Origin: a virus
Direction: 5' to 3' (one strand)
IMG/VR virus record: IMGVR_UViG_3300036831_000148
Coordinates: 82,269 to 146,268 of that record
Length of the DNA: 64,000 bases
Shown here: piece by piece, positions 1 through 9,078 of the stretch
Position numbering within the stretch: the first letter of the stretch is position 1
How the letters are laid out: each line of letters opens with the position of its first letter
Program-made: the position numbers and the translations under genes
Notes under the pieces: model-generated
The model's input: the letters and a program-made list of their open reading frames with translations, nothing else
Databases searched by the model: none
Told to the model about the DNA's origin: nothing

Positions 1-411
1 GGCCTCCTTGACGACCGCCAGGGCGGCCTCGGCCTGGCGGGCCGCCCGGCGGGCGGGGCTGCCCTGGGTGCGCGCCACCACCTCGCGGTCCCGGACGCTC
101 TCGTACTCCCGGCGCATCGCCTGGCCCGACGTCTTCACCAGGGCCGCGTCGTAGGCGTCGTCGGCCTCCTCGCCGCGCCTGGCGGCTACCCGGGCAGCCA
201 TGCGGCGCCGGCGGATCATCTCAGCCCGCAGCGGCTCGGCCAGGTCCAGCCGGGCGCGCACGTCCAGCAAGGCCGCGTGCACCGCCGTGGGGTCGGCGTC
301 GGCGGGGGGCAGGCCGACCGCGCGCAGCATGCCGATCTTCTCCACCAGCTCTCCGCACGAGGCGGCAACCGCCTCCTCGTGGCTGGTCAGGCCGTCGTCC
401 CCGGCAGTCAC
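1..411 (-). CDS. partial helical protein, runs off the window edge (possibly UvsY-like recombination mediator)
   Basis: Not in the ORF track. GTG at 411 overlaps the TGA of the next ORF; open frame MTAGDDGLTSHEEAV...YDAALVKTSGQAMRREYESVRDRE with GC3-rich codons. The family guess is weak. Confidence 0.6.
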   Translation of the reverse strand, partial: MTAGDDGLTSHEEAVAASCGELVEKIGMLRAVGLPPADADPTAVHAALLDVRARLDLAEPLRAEMIRRRRMAARVAARRGEEADDAYDAALVKTSGQAMRREYESVRDREVVARTQGSPARRAARQAEAALAVVKEA

Positions 412-722
412 TCCGGCGCCGGGGGCGGCGCGTACTTGGCGAGCACGAGGTCCCGCTCGGCGCGGTGCTCGCGGACCTTGATCATGTGGCCCTGGCGGGC
501 CGCGCTGTCCTCCGGCTCGCGCATTCCCCGGGAATGGTGCACGAAGGCCATTCCGTCGTTGTCCAGGGCCTTGTAGACATCCTGGGTGGTCATCCGGCTC
601 GCTACTGCCACCGGGTCTTCCACCCCGCGCTCCGCCAGCATGCGCAGCAGGTCAACCTCCTGCGCCGTGACGTCAAAGCGCACCTTGCCGTAGTCCTCAG
701 ACCAGCCGTTGTTAACTTCCAT
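408..722 (-). CDS. hypothetical protein
   Basis: 104-aa ORF, protein-like composition, packed directly downstream of the polymerase. Confidence 0.75.
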   Translation of the reverse strand: MEVNNGWSEDYGKVRFDVTAQEVDLLRMLAERGVEDPVAVASRMTTQDVYKALDNDGMAFVHHSRGMREPEDSAARQGHMIKVREHRAERDLVLAKYAPPPAPE

Positions 723-730
723 GCCCGTTA

Positions 731-3229
731 CTACACCGCAAGCCCGTCAAGCAGGCGCGCGGCGCCCTCCGCGTCCTGGTCCCAGCGGACCCGGGCCGGC
801 ATCCCGGCTGCCAGGGACGCCTGTCCCTCGTCCTGCGGGGTGAGCCCGCAGGTGAACCCGGCCTCGATCGAGCTGCCGTCCGGCATCCGGATCTCCACCG
901 GGTTCTCGCCTGGCAGCGACTTCAGGAACCCGGCGAGCTGCAGCACCTGCTCGCGCGCCGGCGAGGCAGGGAGGAAGATCACCACGCGGCGCGGCGGGCC
1001 TGCGTCCCACTTGCGGGCCGGGGGCTCCAGGACGGGCGGGGCAGGCTCCTGCAGCGGCGGCTCGGCCGGCTTCGGCTCAGGCTCGGGGAGGTCGGAGGTG
1101 AGGCAGATTTCCCCGTCTTCGAGCACCGTAATCTCCTTGACGCTCCCCCACGACCGGCCGATGTGCCAGTCCGCCACCATCGGGGGCCAGGGAACGCCCG
1201 GCCCCTTCACCTCGTAGACCACGGCAGGCGCCAGCGCGGCGATGACCTCCTGGGGCGTCACGTCGCCCCGCACCTCGAATTCAAGCGCGTCGTGCACGTT
1301 CATAATCAGCCGGACCCGGTCCGACAGCCCGGCCCTATCCAGCGCGCGCAGCGCCCGGACCATGGCCATCTTCACGTACTCGCCGGTAGCCGGGCCCTGG
1401 ATTACCGCGTTGCCCGCTGTCCGCTCACCAGCTGCCTGCACCCGGCGGGACGGGTTGTCAAACTCCCAGATCCGCACCTTGCGGCCGAACTTGGTAATGA
1501 CGTACCCGTCGCGGCGGGCCTGGCGGATGACCGAGCGGGAGTACGGCTTCAGTTGCGGGTAGGCGGCGTGGTAGGCGGTGAACAGCGCCTCCGCCGCCTC
1601 CACGGGGATGCCCAGTTGCTGGGCCATGCCGCCGGCGGTCTGGCCGTAAACGGTGGCGAAGTTCATCCGCTTTCCGGTGTCCTTGCGCTGCGCCTTCGTC
1701 ACCTGGGACATCGCGATGCCGAGCATCAGCGACGCGGTCAGCTTGTGCACGTCCTCGCCGCGGGCGAACGCCTCCACCAGCGCGGTCACGCCAGCCTCGG
1801 CGGCGGTCACCCTCAGTTCGATCTGGCTGTAGTCGAACCCGAGGATGTAGTACCCGTGCTGGTCAGGCTCCAGCGGGCCGGCGTACCCGGCTTCCTGCAG
1901 CACCAGCGCCCACCACGGGAGGGTGCCCGGCCCGGTGGCCACCAGGGCGTCACGGAAGTTGAAGTCAAACCGCTCGCCGCTGCGCAGCTCGTAGTGGTAC
2001 TCGCCGGGGGACTGCTGGTAGTTGGGGGCCTCGCAGGAGAACCGGCCCGCGATGGTGCCGTGCTGCAGCAGGGACGGGTGCGCGCGGCCATCGGCTGCCC
2101 AGGAGTACTTGCCCTCGTAGATGTCCAGGAACTTCAGCCGCAGGTCGTGCAGCCGCTTCCAGGACAGGTACTTCTTGACCTCCGGGTACTTGGCGGCCAA
2201 CTGGGGCAGCGCCCGCTTGGCGTCCACGCTGGGAGCGCCGGACTCGGTATGGTGCATCACCGGCATACCGCACTGGACGTAGAGCAGGTCAGCCAGTTGC
2301 TTGGAGGAGTTGAAGTTGAAACCGGACGCCAGCCGCGCCCCGGCGAGGGCCTCGAAGTCCTCGATCACCTCGGCGAGCAGCTTCTCGGCGAACTCGCGGA
2401 TCTCCGCCGACTTGGCCCGCAGCAGGTTCCAGTCGTAGCAGATGCCGGTGTCCGCCATCTCGCACACGATGGGCAGGACCTGCATCTCCAGCTTGTAGAT
2501 GAACGTGTTCCGCACTTTCGGCCAGCGGTACAGGTGGTGCCGCAGCGCCTCCACCGCGTCCTCGCACATGTAGGCGCAGACCTCGGGGTCAGCCGGGTCG
2601 AACACGTTGAACCGGACGGAGTTCATCTCCTTCTCCGTCGGCGGGCGGCCGATGACGACCGTCAGCAGGTCAGCGAGCGAGCGCATCTGGTAGCCGAAAT
2701 TCGCCAGCGTCGCCGCCTTCAGGCCGTGGCTCTTGTTCTCGCCCTCGGCGAACGACTCCAGCAGCGTGCAGGACCGCACCGGGAAGTAGCCGCGGGCGGC
2801 CACCACCGCTGCCCCGAGCAGCGGGTGGTCGTGCAGGTTGCGCAGGAAGAACCGCGACAGCCAGCGGAGCTCGGCGACCGCGCCGTGCGCCACTCCCAGC
2901 GGCAGCCCGTCGTCGTCAGTAGCGTGCAGCATCTGCCAGAACAAGGCGGCTGCCGCCTTGTTGTCCACGTTGGGGGCCGAGTCAAAGGCCAGCGGCACCG
3001 CGCGCGCCCAGTTGAGGCTGTTGGTGAACTGGAAACTGACCACCATGTTGGCCTCGGCCCGCAGCGACATGCCCTCGCGGGATTCCCCGTGGTAGCCGGT
3101 TTCCACGTCAAAGCCGAAGGGCTTCCTCTCGGCGATGACCGCCTTAACCCGGTCCTCAAGCTCGGCCAGGTCGGTGAGCAGCGCGCTGCTCGGCATCACC
3201 CGGGCCGGAGACTCCGCCACGGCGGTCAC
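731..3229 (-). CDS. polA: family A DNA polymerase (3'-5' exonuclease + polymerase) with C-terminal extension
   Basis: ExoI GFDVETG, ExoIII YMCEDA, motif A GFDYSQIELRV, motif B RKDTGKRMNFATVYG, motif C NVHDAL; GTG start at 3229 overlaps the upstream stop. Confidence 0.95.
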   Translation of the reverse strand: MTAVAESPARVMPSSALLTDLAELEDRVKAVIAERKPFGFDVETGYHGESREGMSLRAEANMVVSFQFTNSLNWARAVPLAFDSAPNVDNKAAAALFWQMLHATDDDGLPLGVAHGAVAELRWLSRFFLRNLHDHPLLGAAVVAARGYFPVRSCTLLESFAEGENKSHGLKAATLANFGYQMRSLADLLTVVIGRPPTEKEMNSVRFNVFDPADPEVCAYMCEDAVEALRHHLYRWPKVRNTFIYKLEMQVLPIVCEMADTGICYDWNLLRAKSAEIREFAEKLLAEVIEDFEALAGARLASGFNFNSSKQLADLLYVQCGMPVMHHTESGAPSVDAKRALPQLAAKYPEVKKYLSWKRLHDLRLKFLDIYEGKYSWAADGRAHPSLLQHGTIAGRFSCEAPNYQQSPGEYHYELRSGERFDFNFRDALVATGPGTLPWWALVLQEAGYAGPLEPDQHGYYILGFDYSQIELRVTAAEAGVTALVEAFARGEDVHKLTASLMLGIAMSQVTKAQRKDTGKRMNFATVYGQTAGGMAQQLGIPVEAAEALFTAYHAAYPQLKPYSRSVIRQARRDGYVITKFGRKVRIWEFDNPSRRVQAAGERTAGNAVIQGPATGEYVKMAMVRALRALDRAGLSDRVRLIMNVHDALEFEVRGDVTPQEVIAALAPAVVYEVKGPGVPWPPMVADWHIGRSWGSVKEITVLEDGEICLTSDLPEPEPKPAEPPLQEPAPPVLEPPARKWDAGPPRRVVIFLPASPAREQVLQLAGFLKSLPGENPVEIRMPDGSSIEAGFTCGLTPQDEGQASLAAGMPARVRWDQDAEGAARLLDGLAV

Positions 3230-3450
3230 AGCCCGGCCTCGCACAGCCTGCAGGTGGTCGCTGTCGCCATCTTCTCCTCCTCGAAAAGGCACCCGCACAA
3301 CTGGCACCACCAGGTACTGGCCCGGCGGGCCCGCTCCGCGCACTCGCGCCCGTACAGCAGGCCGCCTACCTCCGTGCACGCCGACCGGCGGCGCAGGTGG
3401 CGGCAGCCGAAGCAGCGGACCCAGACCGGCGGCAGCGCTCGCATCGTCAT
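3226..3450 (-). CDS. small Cys-rich Zn-binding protein
   Basis: Four CxxC motifs (CFGC, CREC, CQLC, CRLC); translationally coupled to the polymerase. Confidence 0.65.
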   Translation of the reverse strand: MTMRALPPVWVRCFGCRHLRRRSACTEVGGLLYGRECAERARRASTWWCQLCGCLFEEEKMATATTCRLCEAGL

Positions 3451-3454
3451 ACGG

Positions 3455-3643
3455 TCACTCCGGAAGGGCGATGTCCCGGTCGGCCAGGCGGCGGCGCACC
3501 TGGCCGAACTGCACAGGCGTGACTACGTCTAGCAGCGCGGCGACCACCTCCAGGAGGCCGTCCCGCTCGCGGGTCGCCTCGTCCAGTTCCATCTGGACGC
3601 TTCGCGCGTGCACCCGGATCGCCTCGCATTCCTCGCAGTCCAT
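3455..3643 (-). CDS. hypothetical protein
   Basis: 62-aa ORF MDCEEC..., coiled-coil-like, fills an operon gap. Confidence 0.6.
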   Translation of the reverse strand: MDCEECEAIRVHARSVQMELDEATRERDGLLEVVAALLDVVTPVQFGQVRRRLADRDIALPE

Positions 3644-3675
3644 GTCCCCAGGGGTTCCCGTATCCTGTTACGCCG

Positions 3676-4614
3676 CTACCACAGCGCCGCCAGGCTTTCG
3701 GCCACCCCGGCGGACGCCCCGGCCCGCCAGGCGGCGTCCGCGGCGGCGAGCAGGGCACGGCAGCGGCGCACCCGGTCGGGCCCGTAACGGGCCAGGTGCG
3801 GGATAACCCGGTTGGCGGCGAACCGCTCCGCCTTCAGCCAGGAGGCCGCCTCTCTGGGGGTCAGCCCCTGGCGCGTGCCGTCGGCGACCAGTTCGACCGC
3901 GGCCAGCCGGGACGACAGCAGGCCGATGACCATCCCCAGGTCGCCGCGAGCAAGCGCGCGGGCGGCAGCGGCGGCGCCCGCGCGGTCCCCGGCCATCAGC
4001 CGGTCGGTGAAGTCACCGCCCGGATCAGGCGGGCAGACGACCGCCAGCGAGGCGGGCTGCGGGTCCAGGCCGGCGAGGCGGGCCTGCTCGCACGCCAGCC
4101 AGGCCCCGCTCAGCCCGCCGCCGCGCGTCAGCACCTCGTAGGCGAGGTTCAGCGAGACCCCCGGCCACCAGGAGGCCACCAGGGCAGTCTGGTCCTCCAG
4201 GGACGACGGCGCGCAGCACCGGACAAGCTGCCCGGACCGCGACGACTGCAGCGCCGCCAGGTGCGGGGCAAGCTGCCCGTCGTCGCGCGCGAAGTCGTCG
4301 TCGCCGGAGACGAACGTCACGTAGGCGGTGTCCAGCTCTCCGGCCGTGGCGAGCAGCGTGACGTTCCCGGTGGCCTTCAGCCGCTCGGCCCCGTACACCG
4401 TCACCCGGCGCCCGCCCGGCGGCGGGACCGACAGCAGCAGGTTCCACACGTCCCGCTCGGGCACCTCTCCGGCGAACAAGGCCGAGCACTGGTCCGGCGG
4501 CGCGCCCGCCCGGTGCTCGGCCACCACCTCGCGGGCCAGGACGTGCTCGGCACCGCAGACCCACGTGAGCGGCCGGACAGTCTTCTTGCGGGACCACTGC
4601 AGGTAAGTTGCCAA
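3676..4614 (-). CDS. holA: DNA polymerase III delta (HolA)-like clamp-loader subunit
   Basis: N-terminal LTWVCGAEHVLAREVV resembles the delta YLLxGEExxL motif; about 310 aa with a helical C-terminus; next to a delta-prime-like gene. Confidence 0.6.
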   Translation of the reverse strand: MATYLQWSRKKTVRPLTWVCGAEHVLAREVVAEHRAGAPPDQCSALFAGEVPERDVWNLLLSVPPPGGRRVTVYGAERLKATGNVTLLATAGELDTAYVTFVSGDDDFARDDGQLAPHLAALQSSRSGQLVRCCAPSSLEDQTALVASWWPGVSLNLAYEVLTRGGGLSGAWLACEQARLAGLDPQPASLAVVCPPDPGGDFTDRLMAGDRAGAAAAARALARGDLGMVIGLLSSRLAAVELVADGTRQGLTPREAASWLKAERFAANRVIPHLARYGPDRVRRCRALLAAADAAWRAGASAGVAESLAALW

Positions 4615-4854
4615 GACGGGCCAGCCATTCCGCCACAGCCTCCACCAGGTCCGACGACGGGGGGACGGAGCCGCAGTCGCTCCACTTGACGAACCCCAGC
4701 CGGATCCTGGCTACCTGGGCGGTGCCGTTCAGCTTCACCACGGCCCAGCCGTTGTGCTCGCCGGCCTCCGTCCAGGCGGCTTCTTCCTCTGCCTCGGTAG
4801 CTCGTTCGTAAGAGACCGTCAGGCCGAGGGGGATGGTCGCGTTGTCCATGCCCT

Positions 4855-5331
4855 CTACTGCGTCCGGCGGATCGTTCCCGTCTGCCGGGCGAGGTCGCGG
4901 ATCATCGCCGGGGTGTACCGGCCGCCCTCGGCGAGCTGCATCAGCCGGGTCGCCGGGCCCGCCTGCGCGAGCTCGGCGGCGATCAGCCGCTCGAACCCCA
5001 GCCGGGTCATCACCGCCCACCGGGGCCCGTTCGGGCCGGTCGCCTGCGCGATGGCGTCAATCAGGTGGTTGATCCTGGAGTGCACCAGGTAGAACGGGTC
5101 GGGCGAGGCCCCCTGCGCGGCAAGCTCGGCGAACTTGGCCTGGTTCGCGGCCACCAAGTCCTCGAACTGCTGCCCGAGCACCTCCAGGGAGGGAGCCACC
5201 GCAGGCGGGGCCGAAGGACCCCGGCTAGGGGGCGGCGGCACGGCCTGGCGGGGACCCGGCGCAGGGGGCAGAGGGCCGTCGCCGTTGTGGACGCGGTGCG
5301 TCTTGCGGTGGTCGCCGTTTTCCTGGCTCAC
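4855..5331 (-). CDS. hypothetical protein
   Basis: 158-aa ORF with GAGGAG RBS, Pro-rich N-terminus and helical C-terminus. Confidence 0.7.
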   Translation of the reverse strand: MSQENGDHRKTHRVHNGDGPLPPAPGPRQAVPPPPSRGPSAPPAVAPSLEVLGQQFEDLVAANQAKFAELAAQGASPDPFYLVHSRINHLIDAIAQATGPNGPRWAVMTRLGFERLIAAELAQAGPATRLMQLAEGGRYTPAMIRDLARQTGTIRRTQ

Positions 5332-5403
5332 GAGGGCTCCTCACGTTCGGGAAGTTGCCCTCCTCCAATCGCCAGCCCGGATAATCTCCCCCCGGCAGCG
5401 CAA

Positions 5404-6063
5404 TCACCCCGCAGGGAAGGCCCGCTCCAGCGCCACCACCGGTGCCAGTTTCGCGCCCGGCCAGCGGCTCAGCCCCTCAAGCACGCGCAGGGCCTGCTCG
5501 GGGGTGACACCGGGCGCGAACCCGGGGGAGAAGTCCTCCCAGCGCCCGGAGGCTGCCTCCGCAGCCCAGGCGGTCAGCACCGTAACCTGGGCCGGGGTCC
5601 AGCCGCGGACCGCCTGCACGAGCAGCGCGGCGCTGCCCGACTGGGCAGCCTTCAGCGCGGTGGCCACGGCGGTCTTGTCCGCCGCGCCGGCGATCTCCGC
5701 CTCCTGGGCGGCGCCCAGTACCAGCAGGCGGCACCGGGACATGACGGTCGGCAACAGCGCCCGCTCGGCGGCGAGCACGAACCGGCAGCCCGGCGGAGGC
5801 TCCTCCAGGGTCTTCAGCAGCGTGTTCTGCACCTGCGCGCCCGCCTTAGCCATGTTCAGCGCGTAAACCCGCACCTGCCCGCCGGGAACCGTCCAGGCGC
5901 CGTCCCGGATCTCCCGGGCGGCTGCCGCGTTCAGTTCGTACCGGTACGTCCAGTTCAGGTCACCGCAGGCTTCCAGCAGAACGACGCCCGCTCCCCGGCC
6001 GAGCAGCAGCAGGGTGGGGGGCAGTTCGCGCGCGAGCGCCTCGCGCGCCTGCTCAGGCGTCAT
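5404..6063 (-). CDS. holB: DNA polymerase III delta-prime (HolB)-like clamp-loader subunit
   Basis: QNTLLKTLEEPP...LLPTVMSRC clamp-loader signature with SRC arginine finger; Walker A degenerate (LLLLGRGAG). Confidence 0.85.
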   Translation of the reverse strand: MTPEQAREALARELPPTLLLLGRGAGVVLLEACGDLNWTYRYELNAAAAREIRDGAWTVPGGQVRVYALNMAKAGAQVQNTLLKTLEEPPPGCRFVLAAERALLPTVMSRCRLLVLGAAQEAEIAGAADKTAVATALKAAQSGSAALLVQAVRGWTPAQVTVLTAWAAEAASGRWEDFSPGFAPGVTPEQALRVLEGLSRWPGAKLAPVVALERAFPAG

Positions 6064-6253
6064 CCTTCATCTCCTCGTCACGCACCGGCCAGAACTTCCA
6101 GTACCCGCCGCGCGTGCGCCCGGAGTGCCAGTCAGCGGCCGGGGTATCCCGCTTCCAGTGACCAGCATTGTCCTCGCACCGGGCAGTTGACCGCAGCGAC
6201 GGCTGCGCGCCGCACCTCGGCTGAGAGGGGCTGTTGTCCACGGCAAGTTTCAC
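6053..6253 (-). CDS. small hypothetical protein
   Basis: GTG at 6253 overlaps the upstream TGA; Cys/His/Trp-containing. Confidence 0.5.
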   Translation of the reverse strand: MKLAVDNSPSQPRCGAQPSLRSTARCEDNAGHWKRDTPAADWHSGRTRGGYWKFWPVRDEEMKDDA

Positions 6254-7335
6254 GGAGCCACCAGCAGGAACGCCGCCTCGCGGACCGCCTCCAGGTCGGC
6301 GGGGCTGACCCCGGGTAGTTTCGCCAGGCCACCCAGGGCCTCCTCGAACGCGCGCCACGGGCCGGTCTCCGTCAGGTCCGGCGGGGAGATGGGCTCGGCC
6401 TCCAGGCCGTCCAGCAACCGCTCCAGGCCGAAGATCAGGGCCGCCTTCACCTTGCCGAAGTGCCCGCCCTCGTAGTGGCCGCCCTTGGCCGCGCGGGTCT
6501 TCGGGTAGTCACGCATTACCTGCGCGGCGAAGTCCAGGTACCACTGCCTGCCCGCGGCGGCAAGCGGGTGCCCGGTGTCGGCGAAGGCGGGCAGTACCCG
6601 GTTGCCGCGCGAGTCGCGCAGTGCCTTCACCGCCTCGCGCACCTGCAGGGCGGTAAGCAGCATGCCGCCCAGCTCGAAGCACGCCGGGGGCGGCGCGGGC
6701 AGCGGCCTCGGAGCGGTTACCGCGCCGAGCAGGCCGCGGAGTTCCGCCATCCAGGCCTCGGCCGCTTCCGGGGTGACCTTGAACCTGGCCCGGACCGCCG
6801 CCGCGGTCACCGGCTTGCCGGCGCCGTAGCGGTCGGCGAGCGCGTCAAACAGCGGGAGCACCGGCGCGCGGCCGGGCGGCTCCGGCAGCCGGCGGGAGAT
6901 CGCGGCGCGCAGCCGCTCCAGGGCCTCGTCGTCGGCCAGCGACGGATACTGGTCGCTGACGGACGTCATCGCGTCAATAGCCGGGCTCAGGCCGTCCTGG
7001 CCCGCCCCCGCGTCAAGCAGCAGCGGCTCGCGCGCGCTCCGGGCGGCTACCTCGCGCAGCCCCCGGCAGTAGACCGGGACCTGGCCGAGGATGAACGCCT
7101 TGAACGAGACCGGCGCGCGCGTGTAGTCGCTGACGTGAGCCGGGTTGTACAGGGCGATGACGTCGCGCTTGATGAACTGGCCCAGGATGTACTGGACCCC
7201 GTCCTCCACGTCCTGGGGCCTGGCCCCGGGCCCTAGCCCGCGCCACACCACCCTCTTGATGTCCGGGTAGTAAACCCGGGCAAGCTCGTCGTAGTCGGCA
7301 GGGACAGCAGAGACAGCTGAACTCGGAGACGCCAC
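6250..7335 (-). CDS. sigma-70 region-2-like protein with C-terminal extension
   Basis: DYDELARVYYPDIKRVV...DVEDGVQYIL...SFKAFI resembles ECF sigma region 2; own promoter TTGACG-17-TAACCT upstream. Confidence 0.55.
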   Translation of the reverse strand: MASPSSAVSAVPADYDELARVYYPDIKRVVWRGLGPGARPQDVEDGVQYILGQFIKRDVIALYNPAHVSDYTRAPVSFKAFILGQVPVYCRGLREVAARSAREPLLLDAGAGQDGLSPAIDAMTSVSDQYPSLADDEALERLRAAISRRLPEPPGRAPVLPLFDALADRYGAGKPVTAAAVRARFKVTPEAAEAWMAELRGLLGAVTAPRPLPAPPPACFELGGMLLTALQVREAVKALRDSRGNRVLPAFADTGHPLAAAGRQWYLDFAAQVMRDYPKTRAAKGGHYEGGHFGKVKAALIFGLERLLDGLEAEPISPPDLTETGPWRAFEEALGGLAKLPGVSPADLEAVREAAFLLVAP

Positions 7336-7417
7336 ACAGAACTCCCCAACAGAACCTCACCAGTAGGTTGAGGTTAGCCCTGTGCTTTACTCCCGTCAAG
7401 TTAACCGGGAGTAAGGC

Positions 7418-7738
7418 CTACCAGACAGCCTGGTACTCGCGCCGGGCCCGCTCCACGGCCGGCTCGCCGACCGCGATGCGCGAGCCGGGGACATCCAGGG
7501 CGCCGTCCGCGCTGGTCTCCACCAGCACGACGCCGCGCCGGCCCAGGTTGGTGGACAGCAGCGACTTGTAGGCGCACCCGGCAGGCAGCTCGAACGCGCC
7601 GCGGGTGAACGTGACGACGGCGGGCACCACCTCGCCGCCCCTGAGACCGTCGGCGGCGGCGGTGCCGGTCAGTTCCTCGGCCACCCGCCACTTCCGCCCG
7701 CCGCCGAACAACTCGTCCCACGCGCGGGTGGTCGCCAT
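7418..7738 (-). CDS. hypothetical protein
   Basis: 106-aa ORF, coupled to the upstream stop. Confidence 0.65.
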   Translation of the reverse strand: MATTRAWDELFGGGRKWRVAEELTGTAAADGLRGGEVVPAVVTFTRGAFELPAGCAYKSLLSTNLGRRGVVLVETSADGALDVPGSRIAVGEPAVERARREYQAVW

Positions 7739-8007
7739 CAGTCCTCCAGGGGGTCGCGCACCGTGAAGCGGTCCTCCGATGCCTGCCTGCGGAACTGGGT
7801 ATCGGCGACCCGGCGCGCCAGGTCCTGCTGCCGCTCAGCCGGGCGCTCCTGCTCGCGCCAGCGCTCGTACTCGGCGGCGGCGTCCAGCGCGGAACCCGGG
7901 TCGGACCGGTACAGCGCGGCCCACTTCTCGCAGGCCAGCAAGTGAATGACCATGGCCGCCAGCTCGCCGGACTCCTGGCACCCGGCGCAGCGGCCCTGCG
8001 CCCTCAC
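7738..8007 (-). CDS. hypothetical Zn-finger-like protein
   Basis: CAGC...HLLAC motif; start uncertain. Confidence 0.55.
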   Translation of the reverse strand: MRAQGRCAGCQESGELAAMVIHLLACEKWAALYRSDPGSALDAAAEYERWREQERPAERQQDLARRVADTQFRRQASEDRFTVRDPLED

Positions 8008-8056
8008 GGGGCCTGGCCCGCGCGACAGTGCCCGCTGCTCTTGCTCACGTCTTTTC

Positions 8057-8260
8057 CTACGCCCGGCTGAGCAGCTCCGAGAGGAGCGCGGGCACTGACC
8101 GGCGGACCTTCTCCCGGTCGACGTGCTTGCACAGCCCGTCTGCACGTGCAGCGTGACGGCAGCCGGGGCAGGTGCACGACCAGCTCCCGTCCGGGTACCG
8201 GGAGACCCGGTACTCCAGGCCCGGCTCGCTGTCGGAGGGGACCATGACCTCGGCCACCAT
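8057..8260 (-). CDS. SWIM zinc-finger protein
   Basis: EYRVS...WSCTCPG...LCKHV matches CxC...CxH SWIM pattern. Confidence 0.75.
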   Translation of the reverse strand: MVAEVMVPSDSEPGLEYRVSRYPDGSWSCTCPGCRHAARADGLCKHVDREKVRRSVPALLSELLSRA

Positions 8261-8304
8261 GCCGGAGACACGGCGGCCGGGGGGCTCGGCGGAAACGGAA
8301 ACCC

Positions 8305-8592
8305 TCACGTGACGGGATCCGGCGCGGCCGGAAACGCCCCGGTCAGCATCGGGGACGGGCCAGTCGAGTAAGCCACCGGGCCGCCCGGCGTCCCGCTGAG
8401 GTGGCCGGGGACGCCGGGCATGACCACGGTGACGGAGGTCGGCCGGGCGGCCCGCTGCTCGGCGACCGCGTGCACCGCGTCCCGGGTCAGCCCGGCCATC
8501 TCCTGGTCCGGCCAGTGCTTGATCATCGCGGTAAACATCGGCGCGCGCGGGTCCAGGGGCCACGGCACGCTCTTGTCCAGGGGATCCACCAT
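8305..8592 (-). CDS. hypothetical protein
   Basis: 95-aa ORF within the operon. Confidence 0.55.
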   Translation of the reverse strand: MVDPLDKSVPWPLDPRAPMFTAMIKHWPDQEMAGLTRDAVHAVAEQRAARPTSVTVVMPGVPGHLSGTPGGPVAYSTGPSPMLTGAFPAAPDPVT

Positions 8593-8607
8593 GGAATCAC
8601 CCTACGG

Positions 8608-8994
8608 TCAGGCCTCGGCAGCCGGCGCGGGCTCCGCTTCCCGGGCCTCAGCCTCCTGCCGCTCCAGGTCCGCCATCAGGGCGGCCGTCTGGCCCTGGGG
8701 GATGTCCAGGCCGGTGTGCTCGCAGTACAGCAAGACCGACGGGCTCGCGCCGGCCGCGTCCGCTGCCTGGCGGCACTCCTCGCACTGCAGACGGCGCATC
8801 CGGGCCACCTCGATGTTCTGCACCACGTAGGCTGCGGGGCGCACACCCGACCCGGGGATCATGTGGATGCTAGCGAACTTCCACTCCTCCAGGGCCATCT
8901 GGAAGATGCGCTGCCGCGACACGCGCAGCAGCACCCCCGCCCGCGGCAGGCTGGACCATCCGAGCAGGACGGGAATCTGTTCCTTGGTCTTCAC
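8608..8994 (-). CDS. putative HTH DNA-binding protein
   Basis: SLPRAGVLLRVSRQRIFQMA is HTH-like; AAGGAG RBS; first gene after the palindrome at 9048. Confidence 0.6.
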   Translation of the reverse strand: MKTKEQIPVLLGWSSLPRAGVLLRVSRQRIFQMALEEWKFASIHMIPGSGVRPAAYVVQNIEVARMRRLQCEECRQAADAAGASPSVLLYCEHTGLDIPQGQTAALMADLERQEAEAREAEPAPAAEA

Positions 8995-9078
8995 GGTCTT
9001 CTCCTTATCCCGCCAGGGCGGGCCGTTTCCTGTTTCCCTCCTATAAGCTTAACCCGAGTCAAGTTTATTCCGCTAGTG

